DNA from: a virus
Length of the DNA: 64,000 nucleotides
Strand: one strand, 5' to 3'
IMG/VR virus record: IMGVR_UViG_3300017774_003070
Span: 1 to 64,000 of that record
Below are positions 60,001 through 64,000 of this stretch, piece after piece; the stretch's first letter is position 1, and every line of letters begins with the position of its first letter. A program made the position numbers and the translations under genes. The notes below the pieces were generated by a model. It did not search any database, was not told where the DNA came from, and was given only the letters and a program-made list of their open reading frames with translations.

Positions 60001-60505
60001 GACACCTCGGCCGTTTAAGTATGTAGGTGATGGAGTGTACAAACAATTACCTGTGGAGGCTAAGTATGTAGGAACAACTAAGTACTTACAGAACTACAAT
60101 TACAATGGTAAGGTGATAGAGTTTAATAACGAGAAGAGTGAGAAGAAATATCAGGAACCTGTAGTTAAAGCTGTACCTTTGAATGAAGTTGTATTCACTC
60201 AACAGATGGCAGACCAGATTAACGAAACTTTAAAAGCAGCTAATGTCAATAAGGTCTACACAGTTGAAGAGTTGAATAATCTTCCACAAGAGAAGAAAGA
60301 AAGAGCAATCTATTGTTACACAACTGGTAAGATCGCACCTAAAGCTGAAGACGGTATGAAAACTTCAGTTGTGTTAGGTAAAGAATGGACTGTAGTTAAA
60401 GACTTAAAAGGATACAAGTCTCATAAAGATGGAGGTGTAGATTTACAGATAGGTAATGGTAATGTCAACCTTATTGCTAAACATGGTTTAATAATCTTGA
60501 AATGA
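51005..60505 (+). CDS. Giant virion DNA-dependent RNA polymerase polyprotein with zincin domain
   Basis: Catalytic loop GLDFDIDK (58367-58381) preceded by YRIP; TDAQ motif; YHEAWH...EEERAD zincin (54914-54928); N-terminal Gly/Ala-rich hydrophobic helices. Confidence 0.88.
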   Translation: MAKFKSTDDLNNLIQSAPQPIYGTSVRSVAKPGMDLGKYDEGLTMYDTPESRRELNYQNQTGWQAWGNALGQSLAEVTAGTAEGFGYLLDLEQHVKALAGTEKEFDNEFSKAMRQFKESVREDMPVFTDPNKPFDPLNSRWWASNLPSITSTLTLMIPTGAAVGVASKVGRGLGKLAGAGAKAARVESGLARGLSAASDFLSADTRMLGGLTSTRAIGSGAISRVLESTMEAAGNADQVYKELISQGKSEEEARTEAGKVASNTYYANLPLMLSDMFEYSVLFRNKGVDNAVDALNKQTKKSLLKNSLAVAGSFVSEGLEEGYQYGVGQEAKKSKNAGETMSNVVNNFGEYFDDPEFLSSVVVGGMSGAGFQALGNVIESRSAKLANIFPEFDDTALQGLAASTGKSATALKTSAQAAFTKFKGNLSESLADIESTIANLPADIKDTTREAYRLGLQTLKEAGKITDESLQQIQPETYSDKLWKGAKEKINTALTRIKKWSGFNEEIQQLEATGKDAEAEILRKDKFVELVEVNTPDVEKYMNQAKESGIDITEYEDILDTYKQGLIQHQGNPDAAKVEVQAEIRRQAYKNQYDTIVELGTKFQDFDFNSLREEYLNNYNNPLAKNLKSGIEPDKTKNRTISNELKRKVKKLVDLEVQQLELTKEADRLDTATGQEELAEKKRQNKIEELKQSNDPEVLFDKYEDEELAKIAKTRIDKLIKDEFQNLPDPNLFPDYNDFKESISSPALGTVKNDPAIDKALIQYYNDNTLSDEKPTIETFEDSEFEKVAKQVSKSIEEGVESIPEFESELSDYTSWNEKIQEEFENKGDFMLHSQLWSMSRDKTGDWSLRKFNKVTQDDIDSGKYRQDQLGDNKYNSTSYNDWADDPYATEELFNNFGDPSQYEVFFETTPKEWVNRKTGKKETTTIDNHWIRLFVVKDGKKVYIGQLQDTVVTATKEKTNTPALAALRQVADDALKTLKPGESKVIGQTRIVNYSPGLYNNLAKPRDVRAALTEEELENVGVGVYMGEHDELGLMRTNRYDIKDIKPVNAKPGSVYIAKKTPTGNYQWFACITKSLREMPDLVAKVKEILAPLESTDQFVIERLKNDKELVRSMLAQLRSIVRYKVNGKLEPDFNSKIVNVKAYQVDGRFSIDKFIEVHGLLDRKVQIDPKQLTDTEYVQSILDRLITDIDRIPFVNPFITVAAPDSKVLSTPKVQETTEQPVKIKVTQSRKKFLRTDQKPNLYKGQIDIEKAVKELKRIVPNGYTVNVLKGLIESEGISAYGMVHDAAITLSEKAPYGTEYHEAWHAIEQVLPKFQYDRIKNYLTEEERADLFAEYEMTNQAPSLLKRVFQLVKAFLQDLINYHPSLLDLFERANAGYYKGKKLSRYGTFYMVDGMTERNKQDFVNVYLAEVGEFFDLSKKETVENLIDSDPTKNNLTLAKSDTLVDENGEEYTDNSPLVNFFSKVEKVQGLDEANKLLAYVRPDLTIGEDGVFVSDGNPRMGALYPELLKALGKRGYKIVLGRQELNTTLTTEREVEEGDSIEEPETDTLEGWQESASLRSPIEKLSKRMKQLIYSVRSDKKDSLGLGLDLTYNGYEAYSRLAAVIVDSIDVADMMERLSEKAARKDTFYVNLLKYIDEKFESPINIYTELYKALGDKTQPEFWVTQEYYDKTGELDLRVFEANRASIKQRVKNILGDYTGTSPEEFKALLDMEDVFIDYAKLKTALEHQDESKRFLAVWDAVGSKVYSKFIASHLNVEGKKQYEIINGGYFSKLTQRLQRQFSDLKAELFDKDPFLKELPILNRNPKAGDFQFVVYAGFKDKDGNGLMYNNYTEKHFVESTYQLWLSANIHMMPILSDSPNLIGIKYRVPKELDKEAEIAKIIQLEHNRSKDTHGIKNYNPDVKIFAEIPYKENINEQILEVQKYFEKAEEEFKAYAKEVKARVQLKSGQRDNLVREYLLEHALVHSQMSMISVGHLSFYKNLEDYYKRAKEIWSPVIKGNVDNWFMDGDTKIEVFSKRQRINVLPTVESPSSQVEELESIGFTGFRKVDKTDAQTEIDLIAYRDRMITLNDWTDRHQRAFVQLAKGEMPSEDIVGLFNVLKPFYFNQHVVTTVNPVTKVESTIVSPVQKKDSELLILPIYGLETINGQPNRLYNPLWKSHLEMMGYNFDTMSYDEQGRKDGKYFDIITYDTTMKVGKRNEMTIDLAKWGKQQETPEHHYMSDAIFGTQIMKLITGNLEGNYNVDGQTMSAKELWKEYNDLISEWTVERFDDVIREYGSEDKLRRMIIEEMINKGMRDDYIKSIQQLPLTHPIHFNKVIQIINSFAKNNITDLTFDKGYTFANASSEGFSNELKIKWVNNDPAQGIDHFETYAPVHDPRIKNYMVDGIVDMDALRADIKSGKIPDLLTGLVYRIPTEGKYSMFKIKIVGFLPIDNGVIFMPDMVTKIAGLDFDIDKVRGFFFGGNKLQDRILQLMTAVLSSPQSLKEQLTPGGFDNLKSNNLQIRAYKSGINPEGKTDKELEGLLKDKMPFFSPITLSKIAKRMNTGKALIGTAANVNAVHSLMEAYSTFGESTYDDGVEIIYNGESLSDMSRKFDTDGNLISSNIAELLAAFVDNGKDPQAEYSNITSDTIGVALYLLKKGVPLKAVQFFTTQITDVYYSSEKLVLNKSILNFDEFVNDLKGVGDDERYNASFEYFKSYARAFEAYVAGIKVANAGAGATMVDNYLKIKKYKKAVGINPSVIDDAGLTKTLTQKGLLDWNDFLVNTFKIPDVNKGTIVTALDLMTERVLEYVTDKNVKDLYNSFISFVASGYFKWNQSTVNLLNDPNKILEYKLKYPTNKFLNRLEVQKGYLQFIGANTNDELEIQSIIDNWQELLNSEDEKTKRFAEGLVNYSFYQKGFDFGVGSFGHLIPVSYFIKNKEFTKYYTDTMRALDQSNQEKANLFVEQFIANNYVDINIPVVTGEFDGQVLKVKIPPSIGDYDARYVKFLVPGAETPRPFKYVGDGVYKQLPVEAKYVGTTKYLQNYNYNGKVIEFNNEKSEKKYQEPVVKAVPLNEVVFTQQMADQINETLKAANVNKVYTVEELNNLPQEKKERAIYCYTTGKIAPKAEDGMKTSVVLGKEWTVVKDLKGYKSHKDGGVDLQIGNGNVNLIAKHGLIILK

Positions 60506-61503
60506 AAATAAATGCTGAAGGTGGAGAACTTGTATTACAAGATGAACTAGGTAATACTGTAATCATTCCAAAAGATAAAAGGACTGAAGTACTAGATCTT
60601 ATTGACAAGAAACAGTCAATTCAACATGTACTTGAGAAGTTACCTTTGATGGAACAGTATGCTGAAGATGGTTCTATCATTCCTCCTGATAAGAAAGTTA
60701 AAATACAAGGAGCAGATGGTAGAGTAACTGAATACAGTACTAACTCTCCTGAGTATCGGGATCTGTATAAGAAAGGTGTAATTACAAGGTATGACAAAGC
60801 CAATGATACTTATGTAGGACAATCTCTTCCTGAGGTGTCTATAGGTACTTCTAAACCTAATTACATGAAGTATCAAGAAGAGTATGAAATCAATACACCT
60901 AAGTCAGATAAAGTAGCTAAATATCTTAAAAGTCCTTTAGCAGTATCGTTAGGTAATACACCAGAAAGGTATCCTAAACGATTAGACTTTGAATATGAGC
61001 AGGAGAAGAACAAGTACACAGCAGGTAAGATAAAGGATGAAGCTTACAAGAAGACTATGCTACTGAATAAGCTAGAGACATCTGGTAATCTCAGTGCTCC
61101 TTCATTCACAAGTAAGGAAAAGGAATACTTGAAGAAGTACAATCCTGAAGCACTTAGGAAGGATGATTACTTAGCTACCAGACAGCAGACTTCGGTTGAC
61201 AAACTCTATCCTACAGTTAACGATAAAGCACAAGCATTTACTTCTTTCCTTAGTCTTGCACTACCAGCTACTAAACTTGGTCAACTTGCAGGAATAACTA
61301 ATGTAGGACTTGAAGTAGCTAAACCAGACAGGAATGCATCAGAGGCTATCCTTGGTCTACTTCCTTATGGTAAAACTTCAGTAAAAGGAGCTAAGACATT
61401 CTTTCACTATGCAGACAAAGCATTTGATGTAACTGATCTACTCCCTGAAGATGTCAAGAAAGAAATTCAAAAACAACAACAAATAGCTGATAAAAATGAA
61501 TAA
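60502..61503 (+). CDS. Putative cargo protein
   Basis: AEGGE and YAEDG motifs shared with the cargo proteins; ATGA coupling. Confidence 0.55.
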   Translation: MKINAEGGELVLQDELGNTVIIPKDKRTEVLDLIDKKQSIQHVLEKLPLMEQYAEDGSIIPPDKKVKIQGADGRVTEYSTNSPEYRDLYKKGVITRYDKANDTYVGQSLPEVSIGTSKPNYMKYQEEYEINTPKSDKVAKYLKSPLAVSLGNTPERYPKRLDFEYEQEKNKYTAGKIKDEAYKKTMLLNKLETSGNLSAPSFTSKEKEYLKKYNPEALRKDDYLATRQQTSVDKLYPTVNDKAQAFTSFLSLALPATKLGQLAGITNVGLEVAKPDRNASEAILGLLPYGKTSVKGAKTFFHYADKAFDVTDLLPEDVKKEIQKQQQIADKNE

Positions 61504-61840
61504 CGTACAATTTATAAGCTTCCTCTTTGAACTAGAGATGAACCTACATATTGCTCACTTGCAAACTCAATCCTATGCTGAACATATGGCACTAGGTATT
61601 TGGGATGATGTAGCTGACTTTAGAGATTCCTTTACTGAACTTTTGCAGAAGGATAGTATTCTAACTGGATACACGTCTCCCACAGTTCGTGAAGTAAATG
61701 GAACAATCATAGTTAAGAATGCAATCAGTATAGTTCAACGTTACAGAGCTACACTAAATGAAACTAACTTGCAGAATGAAGTAGACAACTTACTGACTAC
61801 TTTAGAGGCAGCATTGTACAAACTTAAATTCTTGAAATGA
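61496..61840 (+). CDS. Ferritin/Dps-like protein (DUF5856-like)
   Basis: HIAHLQTQSYAEHMAL...D.F.E...LQNEVD...YKL four-helix ferritin-like signature. Confidence 0.75.
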   Translation: MNNVQFISFLFELEMNLHIAHLQTQSYAEHMALGIWDDVADFRDSFTELLQKDSILTGYTSPTVREVNGTIIVKNAISIVQRYRATLNETNLQNEVDNLLTTLEAALYKLKFLK

Positions 61841-64000
61841 ATAAGTGTGTCAATATAAACCATCCTGAATTTAAAGAGTTACTGAGTCAGTCAGCGATAG
61901 ATCCAATCAGTCTAGCTGCCGACATTAGTATCTGGCAGGATAAGAATGATACTGATCTATTTCCTACACTTGAACAGTTGGTTCCTCCAGTTGAGAAAGT
62001 AGAATACAGGTTTGCTGCTGTAGATAAGATACTTGCGAAGTTACCTATCTTGAACAAGTGGTGGAAAGATAAAGGAATTAGTAAGGATACTTTCTGGAAG
62101 AAATTCAAGGAACTAGGTATTCCTCAAGAGCAAGTTGAGTTGTACAAGGAATCAGAAGGTGATACTTTTGAAGAAGTTGTCATTGATACTTTAGCAAAAT
62201 ATTCTTTCGATGTAAAGATTGTTAGAGGCAGAAGTTTTGGAGAAGAGGAGTTTGAGTATAGTGATGAGACAGGGCAACTTGTCAGACGTAACTTTACTAG
62301 AATTTTAAAAGACAGTAAAGATTATGAAATGCTTACTGTATCAGGAGGAATTAACTATGAAGAGAATGAAATTAAAACTCCTCAGATAACTCCTAGTATT
62401 AAAGGTCATGCGTCTTTTTCTACGGATCAGGGAATTGGTTGGTTTCGTAGCGACACTTCTGATTCAGATAGTAAAGTTAGACGTGTTTTGGAAACACAAT
62501 CTGACCTCTTTCAAAAAGGTAGAACTGATGAGTTTCTTACCAATGTAGACGACTCAAAGATTGTTAGGTTTTCAACTGATTATGCAGATTACACAGTATA
62601 TGCAGATCATGTTGTAATTAAACACGAAAATGGATTTAGGGAAAGGCTATCTAATCGAGAATTAGTAGGGAGAGATGATGAGCAGTTAATTAGGGATAAG
62701 GTAGAAGAATATAAAAAGAGCACCAACTTTAATAAGAACGAAAGCAAATTCCTACAACTACTCAATAAAGATGGAAACTGGGTTAAGTTCTTTGTACAAT
62801 CTATTGTAGCTGACTCAGTTAAACGTGGCTTTACTAATGTACTGTTTCCTGCTGGTGAGACTGCTGCTAAGATTGAGGGGCATACTTCTTTAGCAAATGA
62901 TATAGAAACAGTAAATTCTGACATTCAGAATAACAAGGAAGTTTATCAGGATTTCAAGGGAAAGTGGAGATTTAATTCAAAGGGTCAAAGTTGGGAAACT
63001 CAAGAAGAAGCAGAACTATATCACGATGTAGTCATTACAGAACTGGAAAAAAAGAAACAAGAACTCAAGTCTCAAGGCATTGAAAAACTAAAACCAATTG
63101 AAGCTTTCTATGAAGTTAGAGTACAAAACACACTTAAGAAACTATATCCTGACAATGTAGTTCGTATTACAGATGAGTTTGGTAACGATTGGTTTTCTAT
63201 CAATCTTAAAGATGAACGTACTAGTCAAGTATTCTTCCAGAAAGATAAAGCTCATGACAATAGCATCTCCCCAGACAAGTTGAAGTCTCTCCTAGAACGC
63301 ACAGGCTTCTCTTTAGTAACACTTTCAGAGTACGAGAAGGTAACTGGTAAGGCATTCGATGTTAATGCACTGGTAGACATGTCAGCTAGGTTAGTTGCTA
63401 TGTCAGATGGTGCTTCTACTGATGCTTTAACTGAAGAGATAGCTCACATGGCTGTAGCTCAAAGTCGTGGTACTAAAGAGTACAACTTTGCAATGGGACT
63501 GATTGAGCAGACTGAAGAGTTTGAACAGTACTATGATGAATACATGCAAGTGTATGGAGATGACTTACACACTCGTGAAGAAATACTAGGTAAGATACTG
63601 AAGAAAGATCTGGAAGCTAAGTTGGGAACTTCAATTGGAATGTGGTTACGAAGACTGTGGAATAAGTTCCTAAGTATGTTCAGGAATAAGGAGTTAAGTG
63701 ATTATGTAGCTCATATTACTGATCAGTTTGTAGCTAATCCAGATGTTAAAGGTGATGGTATATTCTTCCAAATGGCTAACGAAGAGAAGACTTTACAGTA
63801 TCAAGTCAATAAACTGAATCGTCGTTACAAAGACTTAGCTAAGAGAAAGAAAAGTAATCCTAGTCTACTTCCACAGATCAAAGCACTTGAGGAAGAACTA
63901 GAAGGAACTAAGAATGGTGTAGGTATCTACAAGTTCTTACAACTACTCAATGAAGATACTAAGAATGCTACTGAGTTCTTAAAGACTTACTTTACTGTGA
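61837..64000 (+). CDS. Large cargo/polyvalent protein, 3' truncated by the window end (not in the ORF track)
   Basis: ATG 61837 (ATGA overlap), frame open to the end: MNKCVNINHPEFKELL...; IGWFRSD...ETQSDLFQ motif; degenerate zincin EEIAH...EEILG. Confidence 0.8.
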   Translation, partial: MNKCVNINHPEFKELLSQSAIDPISLAADISIWQDKNDTDLFPTLEQLVPPVEKVEYRFAAVDKILAKLPILNKWWKDKGISKDTFWKKFKELGIPQEQVELYKESEGDTFEEVVIDTLAKYSFDVKIVRGRSFGEEEFEYSDETGQLVRRNFTRILKDSKDYEMLTVSGGINYEENEIKTPQITPSIKGHASFSTDQGIGWFRSDTSDSDSKVRRVLETQSDLFQKGRTDEFLTNVDDSKIVRFSTDYADYTVYADHVVIKHENGFRERLSNRELVGRDDEQLIRDKVEEYKKSTNFNKNESKFLQLLNKDGNWVKFFVQSIVADSVKRGFTNVLFPAGETAAKIEGHTSLANDIETVNSDIQNNKEVYQDFKGKWRFNSKGQSWETQEEAELYHDVVITELEKKKQELKSQGIEKLKPIEAFYEVRVQNTLKKLYPDNVVRITDEFGNDWFSINLKDERTSQVFFQKDKAHDNSISPDKLKSLLERTGFSLVTLSEYEKVTGKAFDVNALVDMSARLVAMSDGASTDALTEEIAHMAVAQSRGTKEYNFAMGLIEQTEEFEQYYDEYMQVYGDDLHTREEILGKILKKDLEAKLGTSIGMWLRRLWNKFLSMFRNKELSDYVAHITDQFVANPDVKGDGIFFQMANEEKTLQYQVNKLNRRYKDLAKRKKSNPSLLPQIKALEEELEGTKNGVGIYKFLQLLNEDTKNATEFLKTYFTV

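Noticed and set aside
5031-62924. Many minus-strand and nested ORFs in the track (e.g. 22355..23098, 30506..31030, 15452..15916, 62607..62924)
   Set aside because: Antisense or off-frame shadows of well-supported + strand genes, with no motifs
4159-64000. Genome-wide stop-codon reassignment (TAG or TGA) as in some crAss-like clades
   Set aside because: Long genes are intact under code 11, and both TAG (4658, 7875, 11686, 50942) and TGA end genes that abut the next start
1-64000. tRNA genes
   Set aside because: No cloverleaf with a T-loop GTTCRA and acceptor stem was found by eye in the intergenic gaps; tRNAscan would be needed to exclude them fully

Overview
A 64-kb segment of an AT-rich, crAss-like (Crassvirales-type) podophage genome. 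The host is probably a Bacteroidota bacterium, judged from TAnnTTTG/TTG promoters, AT-rich leaders without Shine-Dalgarno sites and Q-rule signal peptides. Bases 1-3014 carry small minus-strand genes. A ~1.1-kb non-coding strand-switch region (3015-4158) holds a promoter, periodic G-runs and a long structured stretch. The rest is one + strand block: small genes (HU/IHF-like, GroES-like, Zn-finger), an amidase endolysin, an intein-containing terminase, portal, scaffold, major capsid and auxiliary capsid, fibre genes, holin-like genes, a metallophosphoesterase, a PD-(D/E)XK nuclease, ring and muzzle tail proteins, and giant cargo proteins including a 3166-aa virion RNA polymerase (DFDID motif). 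The standard genetic code is used. Three observations stand out. (1) Four fibre-region proteins carry Sec signal peptides cleaved before Gln and many Bacteroidota O-glycosylation sequons, suggesting export through the host secretion and glycosylation pathway. (2) A 50-nt double-hairpin element with compensatory base changes occurs at three intergenic sites. (3) A candidate ~450-nt structured ncRNA lies downstream of a host-type promoter. All calls come from motif recognition and synteny by eye; no database searches were run.
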